In this document: one piece after another, positions 24,764-39,752 of the stretch
Numbering within the stretch: the stretch's first letter is position 1
How the letters are laid out: each line of letters starts with the position of its first letter
NCBI GenBank assembly: GCA_965645245.1
Contig: OZ287069.1
Coordinates: 372,001-436,000, forward strand
Source of the DNA: Massalongia carnosa
Taxonomy: Eukaryota
DNA length: 64,000 nucleotides
Direction: 5' to 3'
The notes under the pieces: generated by a model
Database searches by the model: none
What the model was told of the DNA's origin: nothing
The model's input: only the letters and a program-made list of their open reading frames with translations
Program-made: the position numbers and the translations under genes

Positions 24764-27700
24764 ATGGCGCCCAAAGGAGAATCATGCTATTTTCCACCAC
24801 TCGATAGGTGCTTGGATGGGAAACATCAGCTTTTGTGAGTGTATGTACAACACATGCGATAGAGATGCGTAGCTAATAGGTCCTAGCTCGTGGAAGACGG
24901 TGTTCGTAGGACTTTCGCAGCTTGGCGACACTCCCAACAATGGTCCCTTGAAAAAACATCTAACGGACCATCAAACTATTGATATCCTGGCTCGCCCTTT
25001 CTCCCCCTACTCAACCCCGACTCCTCAGACCAAACTGAGTTTCGAGACGAAGACCTCTGCCATCAATATACCTCCATCAGGTCATGGACAATATGATATC
25101 AGGCAGATACAAGAGGATACGCTGTGGCTTAGCAAGAAGACGAATATCAGCGAGTTGGAGGCATTAAGGATCGCTGTGCTGGAATGGCAGACTTGGCCAG
25201 CCCAGCGATTGCTGCAAGGTAGTCCATATGATGAGGTATTTAATCTTCGAAGCACTGTCGGTGTTGATGGGCTTGCAGCATCATTACAAGGCTCGGTTCA
25301 ATCTAGGCTTGTGGCCCAAGAGCAGGATGAATCGAGCAACTTTGATAGTTCCCAAGCGCGGCGCCTGAGGATTCTAAAAACTTATCTTTCTGAAAGACGA
25401 TACATCATCAAGACCAGCGAATATGTTGTGTTTGGCGCAATTTTCGAAGCCTCGTTACACTTGGAATCTAGCTTTAAATCCAGTCTGCGCGGCAAGCTAC
25501 CTAAGAGAACAGGATGGGTTGAAGAGATTGGGAACAGTATCTTGACAACATGGAACCTGAATGGAGTAGTGCAAGACAGTGGTAAAAACTTTTCGGTTGC
25601 TGCAGTCGATGCTCTGGACGCCAGGGTCGACAATTTAATAAACGGGAGCGGATGGCTGCAGGAGGACGATTTTCCAGAAGCCATTGAGGCAGCGTGGGGA
25701 GAAAATCAGATAGTCGAAATGATACATATCATGCAAACGATACTAGCGTTGCTTAGTGCCCCAATTAAACTGACGCGGATTGATGTGTTGCTTGCATGGT
25801 TTAGGTTTGCAAGCAAGTATGGCTTCTTTGAAACCTTTGAGATTGTAAGTAAACAACAAACAAGTCTAGATGCCGGCTTACAAATATCTCAGTCTTACGA
25901 TGGCCTTCGAGGAGCTTATGATTTGCCATTACAATCACTTATCGCCCTTGTTTCGCTTGCTTTACTCAATATTCCGATGGCACTTGAAATGATAATGCAA
26001 ATTTCTACAGCACCTCCAGCGGCGGCAACTTTGAGAGATGAAGCACCTTACCTTTTGAATTTATCCGGAATCGTTGAGATCAATGACATCTTGATCAGCG
26101 CTGCGGTAAATGGCTCGACTAACGCTAGCCCAGCGGTCCTTGCCTGGGGTATAATACTTCAGACGATAAGGGAGTATGCTCTTGTTTCCCGGGAGTCAAG
26201 AGAGATTAAACAATCCGTGCGCGCAACCGAAAAATATGGTACACCGGATGCTTTGGATCCAGACGGAATGGAACGGCCGTCATTGAGAAGCGGTTTATCT
26301 CGTCAGCGACGTTCATCCACCAGTAGCGAAACATCTCAACAATCATCTTTTCTAGAGGATGTTTTAGACAGGGTACTGGACACAGCTCTCGACGAGGACC
26401 CAATTGCTTACTTGGCCAAAAGCGCCGTTGACGGAAGTTCTGTCTTCAACGTAATCGCGGCCCTTGCCGTTGACTACTGTGGCATTTTTGGATCGGATCA
26501 TGATGGAAAATCTGGATTTAAAATACGCCGGGTGCTTCTTGGGCTTATACGCGCCGTGCTAGAATGGGTTGAGTATCAGCCAATGTTGATCTTGGCTTTG
26601 CTGGCAATATTGACTGGAAATGAATGTTACTGGGACATGTTGAACCGACCACAAGGTTTAAAGGACGCTGAGCCTGCATCATCCTTTCTCACCGATGACT
26701 TGTTCATGCAGAGAATATTTCAGACAGCCTTGACCCGCTTTCCCTACGAGACTCTCCCATTCTTGAAGTTTTGTCGGGCACTGGCTGTCACTAATGAGGA
26801 AGGGGAGAAAGGACTTCCTGCAATATGGTGTTTGATTCAAAATCTTGATTCTCTGACTTGTGCCTTGCCAGTCGAATTCACAGCTTACCAAATCATCCGA
26901 GAAGACGAAGAAGCAAACTATGTTCAGCTAACCGGAAATTTAAGTTTTAATGAGCATGTATCGGGAGTACCATCGAAGAATCCAAGCACGTACAATAAGC
27001 CACCGAGAGTATTGATGGAGTCTTCCTCTGGGCTAGGTTTCCAGCAGCTGCCTGTTGGAACCATGGGGCGCGTGTTGTCTGAATCAAAGCCATTAGTAGT
27101 AATGTGGAGATACGATTACTCACCCATAGCTTATGTTGGTAAGCTTCTGAGTCTGTTTTCTGTTGAAGGAGATGCCTCTACGCCTGCATCAACTTCTAGG
27201 GAGGTCATAGCTGAGATTATTGATCTGCTTACAATTATGATTTCTGTGTCTGTTCAGAGGACTTCAGATGTCGAGGCATCCACAGCACAGGAGACAGCTC
27301 AAATTATTCTTGAGACCGCCAGTGATGGGTTAGAACGAAACCAAGATGTTGTATCAACAATCTTTCAAATTATTGAAAATGAGCTGCACAGATGTCACAA
27401 TGTGTCTGATGAGCCAGGATCCTTGGATATTCTTGTACGATGCATCCAGTTCTCACATGCCTTACTGCCGGTGATGCCTGATCGAGTATGGCCTTTCCTG
27501 GGAAGAAGCAGCCTCTTGGGCAAAGATGGAATGGGGAGCCAGCTTAACACCATTGTTACTTCCTTCGAGATGGCCTCAGGCCGCTACGACTTCTTGATGG
27601 GTTGCGTTCGCCTGTTTGATGCGCTTCTTGACGATTCCATTGCTCACGCAGTCTCTCATAGAATCCCCACAACAACCATCAAACGCTTCGCCGATACAGA

Positions 27701-30573
27701 AAGGCTTGGAACGGGAATATCACAAATCGCAATGGAAAAAGTTATCAGTAGCTTGCAACGGACAATGGTAGATGTTTTTGAGAGCGCACTGAGTTGGAAG
27801 TTCGCCATTCAGGAAGAAAGAGCAGAGATGAACACTATGATATGCACAATTTTCCAGAAACTTCTGAGTTACTGTTACGACATCGATGAGCAAACCGAAA
27901 GTTCCCATAAGCTTGCAAGACCATTGACACCAGCGGCAGAATATCTTATAACCGCCTTTCTCTCACCCCTAAGAAACAACATCACGGTCAACCCTCTCCT
28001 GCGAATACTGCTCGGAGGCGTGGCTACCCCGACTAGTTCCCTTTCTGTTCGGGGCCTACAGCAAAAGATAATAGAAGTGAGAGCCGCGCTCTTATTGTCT
28101 ACTAGCTTGCTCCGCGTCAATAGCCTACTTGAGCGTCCACAATCTCATTTACAGCGAGAACTCTTTAGAGCTACGCCGGCGTTGGCCAAAGTTTATGCTA
28201 GCCACGAAAGCTATAAACTACCAACTGTTCAGCTGTTTGATGCGCTTATTTGCAGTATAGACCCCGCTGATCCTGAGCCACCTTCATTGTTGGGCCATCT
28301 AGGCCAGGATACTGCAAGTCGTTTCTTGGAATTGCTTTCTATTTTTGATCAACCTTTTAGCGACGATGCATTATCAATCGAAATATGGAGATTGCTTTCT
28401 GGAGTAATAAGTCGGCGTCAGCAATGGTTCGCGATATTCGTACTTACTGGAAGTACGCCTCGGGACTCTTTCAAAAATAGCAAGACGGCGGATCACCTTG
28501 CGTCTCATAGAACTGATCCGATGTTAACTATTGCCATGGACGGGCTGACCCATATCGATAGAGTGGACCCTATGGTTGCAATAGCAATGTTAGAGTTCAT
28601 TGCACTTGCTGCAGATTACTGGCCGTGGGTTCTTACCAAGATAGAGGAACATCCAAATTTTCTTTCATCAATGACGGAATTTGTCATCGATCTAGAGCCA
28701 CCCCCAGACGTCCGGTCGAGCCAGGCATCAACTTACCATGTGAAATTGCAAATGGTTTCATTTGTCTTGGAAATCCTATCCATGTATATCAACTTTACAC
28801 AACAAAGCGGGAATCTAATACTCGCTAAAAAGCTTTTACCTAGCCTTACCTTTTACACTTGGTATGCAGCCGCTGTGTCGGGATACAACGCTTCTCTTCA
28901 TGGGAATCTACGCCGGAATTTCGAATCAAAATTTGTCGGCTGCACCCTGACGAAATTCAAACGTTCGAGGGTGAAAAGATCATTCCTTGGGGAATCGTTC
29001 TACTACGATCTAGAGATGGCCGACAAAATGCTTGCTTTCGATCCTGCTTGGATTGGAAATCGTGGACAGGGGTTTGCGGGGGAGATATCGAGAGCTAACC
29101 TCAATCTTTCATTAGTGGAGGCTCAGGCTGTAAGCACACACTTCCTCCTTCACTTCCCAAGAACTCACTGACCTTAGGTAGAATCTCCTCCACGGCTGGA
29201 AGTTCTTTATAATAGAGATAAGTAAAGCCTTGGGAACCGACGCAAAGGTACAAAACCTTATGGCTTTAACCATCATGAGCTGTCTCCGCGCAAATACTCA
29301 AAGTAGTGGACCTGAGGTTATTTTTGAGCGGCTTATGCTGTCACGAGCAGAACTAGCTTTCACCCTTCTTCAGCGGTTGATCGAGCTCAAGTCCAGGGAT
29401 AAAGAGCTCCAAAAAATTTTACCTACCATCTGGGATACTATCCGTAATTATGAGACGGATATAGGTTTAGCTTTGGTCGGGAAAAACGCAGAATACTACA
29501 GGACACTTCTGAAGATCCTCTGCCTTGCGCTCCAAGCTTGCACATCTGTCCCGCCATCCGACCGCTCGGAATCTAGTCGCTCAGAGCCGAAAGAAGAAGA
29601 CAGGCAACTCAGCCTGGCAGTTCCTTCTTCTGTCATTCCCATCATTATTGAGGTTCTTGGCGTAGTTGTTGCTCGGGGGTTTCGGTCCTTGATAACTGTC
29701 CTACATGATGATCCTACCCGTGTTTTACCTACAGACTTCGCGCTCATAATCGCCTTGTTGAGGACAGGCCTTCAGTTACCCGGCATTGAAAGGCATACCA
29801 CGCAAATATTGTCTCATTTCACTGATCACCAAACGGCCCGCTATGCAAGCGCGCTTCTCTCATGGGCAGATCAAATAGTCACGGATCATGATCCGGTATA
29901 CGGAGAACTCAGCATTGCTTTTCTTTTGGAGCTATCTAGTATCCCAGTATTGGCAGAGTCTTTGGCTGTTGAGGGTATCTTAACGCAAATCTCAAGCACA
30001 AATCTCATAACTTACTTGCGGCAAGGGAAAGGAACGGGGCCGTTTGAGAACCCGCCAAGATTGTATAGTATCTGGTCTCGAGGTATCTTGCCTCTCCTGC
30101 TCAACCTATTATATGCTATTGGTGCACCGATGGCATCCGAGATTGCTGCTGCGCTCAACAGCTTCCCAGATCAGATTGCTCATGCCTCAAGTGCCTTCCT
30201 AGGCAAATCAATTTCGTCTGCCGATCCCACCGCAGGCTTCATCACACTCAGCATGGTTTCCGAAGCTCAGACGCTCGCAGTTATCACAGCCGTTCTGGAT
30301 ACATTTCGAGAAGCCGGGCCAAGCGTTGGGGTAAGCGCTAAACAGATCGCGGAGCCAACGTGGGATAGAATCCAAGTTAAGGATCAAATTGATACCCTAT
30401 TGCAACGAAGGACGGCGTTACGAAACAGGATTTTCCCTTCAAACGAAAAAGAAGAGGCATGGCTACGACAGCCACCAGTTTCAGCTACAAGCGGGGCGGA
30501 GAGTTTACTCGAGGAGAAGATGGTGGGAGAACTGAGAATGGTCTTAAGAATACTTGACTATGTTGGGCAGTGA
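24764..30573 (+). CDS. NUP188: Nucleoporin Nup188
   Basis: About 1900-aa helical protein with N-terminal YFPPLD, FETKTSAIN, EALRIAVLEWQ, LSERRY, DRVWPFL, RRQQWFA, NLNLSLVEAQ and DPVYGELS, typical of Pezizomycotina Nup188. Confidence 0.88.
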
Positions 30574-31112
30574 ATAAGATATAAAGATACCCCTTGACTC
30601 AGATTTGAGTCTTATTTCCTTTCATGCATTGTAGGCGTTTGGGTAGGATAGAACAGCGATGGCACGGTCCCGTTCCAGGGATTGCGAAATAACTCGACTC
30701 ACTAGATGAGGAATCAGAAATTTAGCATATAATGAGATATGACAGCCGCCCGAGTCCTAAGGTTACTGCTGTCATGACTAGGTATGTATATAACAGTTGG
30801 TTACCTGCCGCGAGAAGATAGTGGAACGGAAGTCATGGCCAAAGTAGCAAAAACTCTCGTCATAAATCTAAAATCGCCAAGATCTCGGGAATGAAAACAA
30901 GTCTATCTATAGTTCTTGAAAGCAGGTATGAAACTGTTATTCAGAGATTTATGACCTTCTCGTTCTAAGAAGCGCAATTCCACATTTAATAACCAAGAAA
31001 AGGTAAAAGTTTGTGTATTATTCCCCACAGAATCGTATGTACAATGGATTTTGACAATCCATCATCAAGCTGTCTATCCCATGCGAAATCTAACCCATTT
31101 TCACCTTGCGCT

Positions 31113-31635
31113 TCATGTCCTCACCAATCGGAAGCCATCTCTCCCCGCTGGTACCCCTCCCCTCTTGAACGAGGCTAAATCACACCTCACATTAGCTGTG
31201 GTGCGCAATATATCCTATGAGGCGAACGTTATATTTACCATCTGCTTCTTCCCATGCTCTTCCTGCCCCAAAGCCCAATCCGACCCATGCAGGCCATGCT
31301 CTTCGCTTGAACAGGAGTACCGAGAAAATCACGCCGAATGAGAGACCGAGGGATGATCGGATAAGAAAGGAAGATATAGCATGGTCCCACTAGTTTGTCG
31401 AGACCAATTAGTCATGGCATATAGACCGGGAGTAGGTGGAAACAAAGGCTCCAGCATGTAGTCCACAAATGTAAGACAGAAGGTTTCGTTTCCGCATTTC
31501 ATGTAGTGATCGATTCCGATAGCAAAAACTTTCTCCAGGGTTGTATACCTTGTCGTTGAGTAATGCTTCGCTGACAGGTTTTGTAGATCGCGTCGGTGGT
31601 GAAAGGGAAGGGGGCGAGGAGGGTGTGTCAGCCAT
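31113..31635 (-). CDS. MIC10: MICOS complex subunit Mic10 (3 exons)
   Basis: Spliced product SEALLNDK|WDHAISSFLIRSSLGLSFGVIFSVLLFKRRAWPAWVGLGFGAGRAWEEAD with GxGxG motifs. Confidence 0.92.
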
Positions 31636-31877
31636 TGCGTCAAGCTAAGCAATTGGTTAATCTGTCGGATAAATACGCAATAGAGGGACTTACGGAGCAA
31701 AGGCTTTGGTCAATAGATTGAGAACTTCTTGTAGCCTTTGACGTCGGACCGAATTCGTGAAATAAGGAAGCTCTGCGAATAAAATACGAAGTCACACGTC
31801 TGGCCAATCATCGTCTAGTTTAATATTTAAGGCTTGTGCACTCAAACTTTTTCCAAAATCCACATCTAAACTTCCAC

Positions 31878-34800
31878 ATGGCTGTAATGCCCAAGGTATT
31901 TTAACATATAATATCTGCGATATGAAAATGAAGAGAGATTGCTAATGCTTCGAAGTCAGACCATGATCGGCTTCCCCAAAGAAGCATCCTCGATCTTGAG
32001 AAAGGCAATGAAGCTTTTCCTGCCCAGCTTGCGGAAGCATGCAATATTTTGAGGATTGAGCTACAAAAGCCCAGTAAATATTTACTTTCCAAGGACACAG
32101 CACAGCAGAAATTAAGAGGATCTGGACCGAGGGAGGAATGGGCTCTAAGGTGGCTCCTTAAGAAGCTGCAATCCACAGATTCGCAGCTTGCCAGGTATAA
32201 TGTTTTATTTATGCTTAATCAAGTCGATAATTAATTTGTTCTCAAGCCCATGTCAGAATTTTGAAGCATGGCTTCTCTTGCGGGAGCTGATTGCTCGCAA
32301 TACTTCCCGTAACACAGCTCGCCTACTCGATGTACATAAGATTACAGAAACGTTGCAGCGAACATTCAAGTGGCTGCGAAAGAAATCTGATTGCATCTTT
32401 GAATCTTCCCAGTCTCTTTCTTCCTCGTCGGAGGATGGGCCAGAAATTGCAGATTCTAGCTCAGCGACGATTGAAGCCTCTCCAATTGAAGAACCAAAGA
32501 AATCCAGGAAGAGAAAGCGAGATACCGTATCTGTTAGACTTATTAATAGGATACCATGTTGTACTGTTGAGTTAGAGTTTCTATACACGTCCATTTACAG
32601 CGTTATCGGGTACTTACAACGATTGGCCGAAGATTCGCACGAGGGATCCCATGAATATATGGTCGAGCTTCTAAAAAGCGTTCTTAAAAGCTCGACCGAG
32701 CAAGCTGCAGATATACTTGGAAGTTCTATAGAGGTAGCAAACTATTACATCGAGGCTAGCTACGATGAGTCTAAGAGTTGGACAGACACAACAGAACACA
32801 TAACTTCCATTCATGAAATCTGTATTTCTTCTGCAATCAAAATCTGGAATTCACACTTGACTACTGCTGATGACCTTCGACAACATTACAGTCATGTAAG
32901 TTTCTCCAAGTAGACGCTCAATACTGCTACTAATCAAATTTGTAGAAGTTGTTTTCAGCTCAATGTCTGATGCCCATTCTGAAACTCTTATGTAGATGCA
33001 GAGCACGTTTCTCCGCTATACAAAATCAAAGTACTGTTGATATCCTCGAGGAGCTTCTTCTCAATCATATTATATTTCCTACTCGAGCGTCATTCCTAAA
33101 GTCTAAGAGTTGGAGAAAGGAGCCGACCGAGTTTTCTTCCTCTCTATCCATGGAAAACCTTATGAGTCCTCTATTAGAGGCTCTGGATCCTCATAGATCA
33201 TTTAATAACAAAGCAGACCCAGAGATTTCGCCCATTCCTATGTTATTCAGCGTTGCCGTCCGTAGCCTTCCTCGAGACTCCCCGAAACAACGATCGGTAG
33301 AAGATTCTTGGTTGCGGCATTTATTCGGTTATCTAACATCATGCGCGTCTACATTTGCCCCCTCGTCAACTGAAGCACAGCAATCTGGCCAGTATATCAC
33401 AACACTGAACTTGATGTTGCGGGTAGCACTCGACAATAAGGTACACTTGGACGGTGCGGTGATCGAGTCAAATATGGCTCATGTATTGGAAATCTCGGAG
33501 GTAGTGCTCAACAGTCCTTGTAAACCTATGTTTTGGACTTTTATCGGTCTCTGCTTAGAGGCTGATCCTAGAATTCTCACAACTTCGTCTCAAGATATCC
33601 TAAGCGGTCATGTGAATTCAAAAAGAGCTCCGAATAAATTTCTACAGTCCTTACTCTCAAAAGTCACATTTTCTGGCAGGAAATTGTCTTCTGATAGCGA
33701 GTCATACTATACCACCAAGCTTAACAAGATAGTTTTACCTCTGGCGGAGGCTTTTGCAAAGGCTCGAAATCTCACTAGCTTTGTTTATCATTGGCAGGAC
33801 CAGCTCGCTAATTACCAATTAGAAGGACCTCATCTTCAGGTTGCGACATCTAGTACTTTTCGAGTCAGATGCATCTGGGAGGACGAAATGATACTTCAAG
33901 CCGTTGGGCGCCTCATCGATTCTACGTTGACTGCTGGCCAGATTGATTCTTTATTGCAAAATTCATACACCAACCTTGCTTCTCTAAGCTTTGCAAACTC
34001 GGATGGTTGTTCTAGATTTCTTGCCAATATTATCATCGTCGATTGCATAGTAGGTTCGATCTGGCGGGAATCCGTTTGGACCCAGTTGGCGGAGACGGCT
34101 TGTACCATATACTGGGAAATTTGGCCGTTGGTTCTGAATTTGCCAGCTGGTCAGGAACCCCAAGTCTGGCGGTTGTGGAGAATTCTTGCAACCTTAAAGG
34201 AGCATTGTCCACTAGTCAAAAGCTCTTTGGTTGAACAACAGGTAGAGCACCAACTTATGGCGAAAGCTGCCAAATATTTCACTCGTCTGGTATTCAAATC
34301 CAAAACCGCAGGACAAGATTACGCGGACGAGCTTCATGCTTTCTCGTTTATGCTACGGACTGCCTCTGCACAGGGTAAGGAGGGTGAAATCTCAGATCTG
34401 ATAATCAACTCTATAACTATAGCGGTTGAAGCATTATTGGAGTATTCAAGAGCAAACAGTGATGACATGAACCGGTCGGTACCAACAGGTTTCACCAAAC
34501 ATTGGAACGGAAGGAATGATACACTTTCGTCGGTTAAAAGCCTGCTCCTTGGATGTATTGGGCATCTCATTAAATTTCCTACTATCATCAGGTAGGATAG
34601 CTACCCCATAAAATTTTACAATAGTGGCTTGATCATATCTAGATATTGGACAGCAGACCTGCAATCTCGATTCTTCGAGCAGCTATTCTCAATAGCTGTT
34701 AAATTTGAACGCACAGAAGTTGCAGCAGTCAGCTCTTTAAATGGACTGTCGTTATGGTACGAGCTGCTGGAATCGGATCTATTGCGAGAAGACAGGTCCG

Positions 34801-37047
34801 TTGCAAGTACGTTTTGATCCATACTTGTATTATTAAATTTTTGATTCTGACCAGACTTAATAGGGCAGTTTCGAGATTATCAAGTCTCGAGCTTTCTGGA
34901 GCTGATTGAAGCTCAAGATCTTCTCAACAATATTGATGAAATAAGCAAGTATAGATTAGCTTTTGAGAGCATTCAACGCACACCAGTGCATACCTTCCGG
35001 CGTTGGCAACGTCGTAAGATTCTTGACGGTGTACTCCGAGTAGTGACTGGGAAGAAGTTGCGAAATGGGACGATGATAGTCGACCATATTAATCTCCTGA
35101 TTCAATATACCACTATATCCAAAGACCCTTCGGAGCTCCTCAACGCGAGGCATGAAGAATCCCAGGAAGAAGCTCTGAAAGGTTGCCCTTCGGATAAGAT
35201 ACCTCTACTGAATCTTGTACATAAGCTTGATATTGACAAAGACCCAATTACCAGTATGTCTGCTCTGGTGGCAATTAGAACTCTTACAGATATAACTCTT
35301 CGGTATGACATCAGTTTCATGTACGCAACGAATATATTTTAACTTTTAGCAGCAACTGTATATCAGCTTCGAAAGAGAAAACGAGCCAATATCTCGTGCC
35401 ATTTTATGGGCGACTTGGTAAGCTGCATGCTGCTATCTTGGAACCACAGTCCCATCCGGCCGTGTCATCTCTACTTGACACGTCATTAACCTTCTATTTT
35501 CACCACGTTTCAGAACTCCCCGAAATGATAAAGATGGATTGGGCCTCCTTACGACAAGAACATTTGCAAGTTCTTTGTCAATTGTTAAATAAGATTTGTG
35601 AGAACATATCAATCATTCAAGAGCTAGGAGGAAGAAGTCAATTAAGTTTAGTGTTGGAAGGCATAGCTTCATATTTCGATATTCTCAACGCCCATTTCTA
35701 TCCTGGTGACCTCTCCATTCTCTACATTTTCGGGTATTCAGGCTGATTTTTTAGTCTCATCTCAGTTGTCGGATGTTGCAGACACACTACACAAAGCCAT
35801 TGTATCGGAGAGTTCGCAAAATTTCTTGAACGAATCAGCTACTCTAGAGCATTTACTTGTCCAGGTCGTAAGAATACAGCTGCTTTTAGGCGTAGCAAAT
35901 CAAAATCTCCATTCAGCAGTCCCACATCTACTCAGGGGTCTGCAAGCAGGTAAGATTCCGTCCGTTGATTTAGACCTTTCACGCTAACGGGAGTAGTGAA
36001 GTCATCCTCGGGGAGAAGAAAGCTTATGCGCTATTATCAGCACGCGATAAGAGCGATAGGACTAGACGATAGGATTAAGCTGCTCAAAACGTTTGCCCTT
36101 ACCGATGGAGGGGAACACCTTGACCCTGACTGTTTATGTTTGCTTCAGACAGTCGTTTTAGCAGAAGATGGTAATACAGACTCGACCTTTTGTAACGCGA
36201 TTACTGATATGGCTCAGCAGTAGCACCACTTCCAGAGCCCTACGGAGAGGGGCTTGCTTGGGTCTTCACCACACTATGCAATGGACTCCTAGAACCAGCC
36301 GATTTTCCCGTTCATATTTTGACGATTCGATGCATGAATTTACTTTTGCAGAAACAGGTCAGAACAGCCATCCACAAGTTGATTAAAGTTGCTGACCCTG
36401 AACGACAGCCACGAATCATTACTCAATGGCACATTGAAAATACGCTTAGTGCGATTGCAATAGCTTCTGCGTTGCAAACCTCGTGCATAGCCAACAAATC
36501 GACGAGCATGGTCTTTCTATGCTTGTGTAGGCTATTCAGCACGATACTTGTGGTGCATAGGACGAAGCTGGGTGGACGGTACCACCTTGTCATTCCCGTA
36601 CTACAGGGCCTGTTGCGAAATCTTTATATACCTTACTCAGAAACCAGCAAGACTGCCATAACTGACGAGCAAGGCTTCCTCAGAGGGCAAGCCCAGGCCA
36701 AAGCGTATGCTCGCCTGCTCATCACCCTCTGCGATCCGACGGTATCAGCAGTCACGCGATCGAAAAACGCATCACAGCGTCGACTCACCGACTTAACCAA
36801 GAAAGCCCGCAACATCGCAGGGCAGCACCTCCAATATATTATCATGGAGTACTGTTGCTGCCAGCTAAATGGGCGCTTAAATCTGGAGACCAAGGCAGCG
36901 TTGATACCTGGGCTTTATGCAGTGCTTGATGTCCTGCCTCAGGAGGTAATGCGTACTATGAACGCCGCGATGGATTCTTCCAGCCGGTCTATTTTCAAAG
37001 CATTATACGAGGATCATCGACGCCGTGGCCAATGGCAAGGCACGTGA
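31878..37047 (+). CDS. URB2: Nucleolar pre-ribosome protein Urb2/Npa2 (multi-exon)
   Basis: N-terminal EEWALRWLLKKL. C-terminal Urb2 domain LGGRYHL..LQGLL..YARLLITLCDPTVSAV..AGQHLQY..LIPGLYAVLD..MNAAMDSSSRSIFKALY. Internal exon boundaries are approximate. Confidence 0.88.
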
Positions 37048-37830
37048 CTTTGGATAGGATAATAACCTGAGGTTTGACGGACGATGAGAATCATATGGAA
37101 GTAGTCCCATGGAGCAAGAGCGCAAAGTGGGCAAGCTTTGCGTTAATGCTGTCATCCTGCTCGTTAACATTAGCTCGGGCGGCTCATGATGCATACATTG
37201 GCCGAAGAGCTGCAATTTGAAGAGGATGCAGAAGGTGATATCAGACAAACCACCACAGGATAAGAGATAAATGTAAAGATAATAAGGTTTTTGATGAATT
37301 CAATCCCGAGGGAGTCTTAGGTTTTATTCCGTGTGCATAATCAGTGCAGCACGATATCTCTGCACATCATGTGCAGCAATGCATCGGTGCTGCTAACTTC
37401 CAATGAATTGTGCAGCCTTACTGCAGCCAAGACTCAGTCCTTGCCGGTTAAATCCCATTCATATCATCGGCGTATCACCAGTTGGACGGATCTTTGTGGA
37501 CTACATGAGACTTTCTTCTACCAATCGATCGTGGGAGAATCTGACCTTTCTCTGCAGGCGGGTACAACATCAACATGTAGCCCCCTCAAATGATGTATTT
37601 ACGGCAGATATGAAGATCAATTGTAATATCATAGCTGAACATTCTTTGGAAACTCCAAGTGTTCGGTCATACACCCCAAGTTATTAAGGCTTGCCAATTT
37701 TGGTGAGTGTGGACCTTTTAGTTTTGGCCGTGGTGACCTTAAGGAAAACAGAACTGGCGAGATGCGCTCCCAATAGCAAACATATGTAATCCACTTCTCG
37801 CGTCTTCGGCCCTCGAGGATTTTCTCATCC

Positions 37831-39752
37831 ATGATGGAGAAAGCTCAAAGATCCAGGCCAGGGCTACTGCTAGATAAACTGGCTGTACCCAGTGAGCCTG
37901 GCTTGACCAATGCACAGTTAATGTTGACAAATTATGACCTGAAGCCCGGTCAGTGGAAGCTATGGACTGAGGCTTATCTGTTGAATATGGCTAATAGAGC
38001 TGATAGTGGAAGCTGAACGTCGTCAATGGGGCCCGTGGAATTTCGTGGGGCTTTGGATCGCGGATTCATTTAACATTGTAGATTATATATAGTTAGAAGA
38101 CTCATGGTTGTATACTGACTTCATCTAGAATACATGGATGATATCGTCATCAATGATTGACAATGGGCTTTCTTGGTGGCAGTCGTGGCTCTGTGTTTGG
38201 ATCGGCAACCTGATTTCTGGAACTTTTATCTGCATGACCGGACGGATTGGCGCTACTTATCATATCAGCTTCCCTGTCGTGACCAGGGCGTCATTCGGCA
38301 TATGGGGTTCGTTATGGCCTGTGTTTAATCGAGTTGCCATGGCTTGTGTCTGGTATGGGGTCCAGTCTTGGATTGGAGGGGGGTATCTCGTTTTTGCGGA
38401 AATTTAAGGCTATACTGATCTTTTGAGAACAGGAAACTGTGTGAAACTCATGATCCGTGCCATCTGGACCAGCTATGAGCAGCTACCTAACAGCATGCCG
38501 GATAGTTCCGGCACAAATACAAGGGATTTCCTGAGCTTCTTCCTTTTCTGGCTATGCAGTTTGCCAGCCATCTGGTTTCCCGTGCACCAGATTCGCCATC
38601 TATTCACTGTCAAAGCATACTTTGTCCCCGTCGCTGGGGTAGCCTACTTCATCTGGGTTATCGTCAAGGCCCACGGGATCGGACCTATTGTACATCGAGG
38701 AAGTACCAAATCAGGTGGAGCATTGGGATGGGCTATTATATCGGGAATTATGTCTTCGATCGCAAACTTCTCCACCCTGATTGTCAACGACCCTGACTTT
38801 GCGCGGTTCGCCAGGAAGCCCAGGGATGCGATGTGGTCGCAGTTCATCACGATTCCAGTCGGCTTCGCAGTAACTTCCTTCATCGGGATCATCGTGTCTT
38901 CGTCTTCGACGGTGATTTACCACCGGACGATCTGGAACCCGCTGGAACTCCTAAGCGAGTTCCTTAACGGCGCGAACGGAGCCGCAAGATTTGGTGTGTT
39001 CATGATCGCCTTGGCCTTTGCTTTGGCGCAGCTTGGAACCAATATTGCTGCAAACTCAGTGTCTGCGGGAACGGACATGACAGCTCTGCTCCCCCGATAT
39101 CTCAATATCCGCCGTGGAGGCTATATCTGTGCCGCAGTGGGCCTGGCCATGTGCCCTTGGTATGTGTAGAAATCTTTTTCCTTCAAATCCAATCCCGCAT
39201 CGCACTAATCTTAATCCTCTCCTCAGGAACCTCCTTTCCTCCTCCGACAATTTCATCACCTACCTATCCGCCTACTCCGTCTTCCTCTCTTCCATCACCG
39301 GCGTCATGATAACCGACTACTACCTAGTCCGTCGCGGCTACTATTGCGTGCAAGACCTGTACTCTGCCTCACGATCCGGCCCGTACTTTTTCACAGCAGG
39401 CATCCACTGGCGTGGCTACGTTGCCTACATCTGCGGTATCCTGATCAACATAGTCGGGTTCGTTGGAGCTATAGGGAAGCCAGTTCCCAAAGGGGCAACT
39501 TATGTATACAACTTGAACTTTTTCTGCGGGTTCTTGGTTGCGGGAGGGACGTATTGGGGGCTATGTCGCTGGTTTCCGATTCCTGCGACCAGCGACCGAT
39601 GGATGGAAGTGGGGCACGAGGAGGACTTCAGTGCTGAAGATGGGAATGCTGGAAGTGCCCATAGGTCTGCTCATTTTCATCAGAGGATTCAGGATGATGG
39701 GGATAAGGGCGATGGTGGAGGGATGGGTCGGCGCGGCAATTCGAAGGCGTAG
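37831..39752 (+). CDS. NCS1-family nucleobase permease (Fur4/Dal4-like uracil/allantoin transporter), 5 exons
   Basis: [77 protein letters not shown]. Confidence 0.94.

Noticed and set aside
31390..31548. Longer-than-average MIC10 intron as a snoRNA host
   Set aside because: No convincing C/D boxes or H/ACA double hairpin seen.
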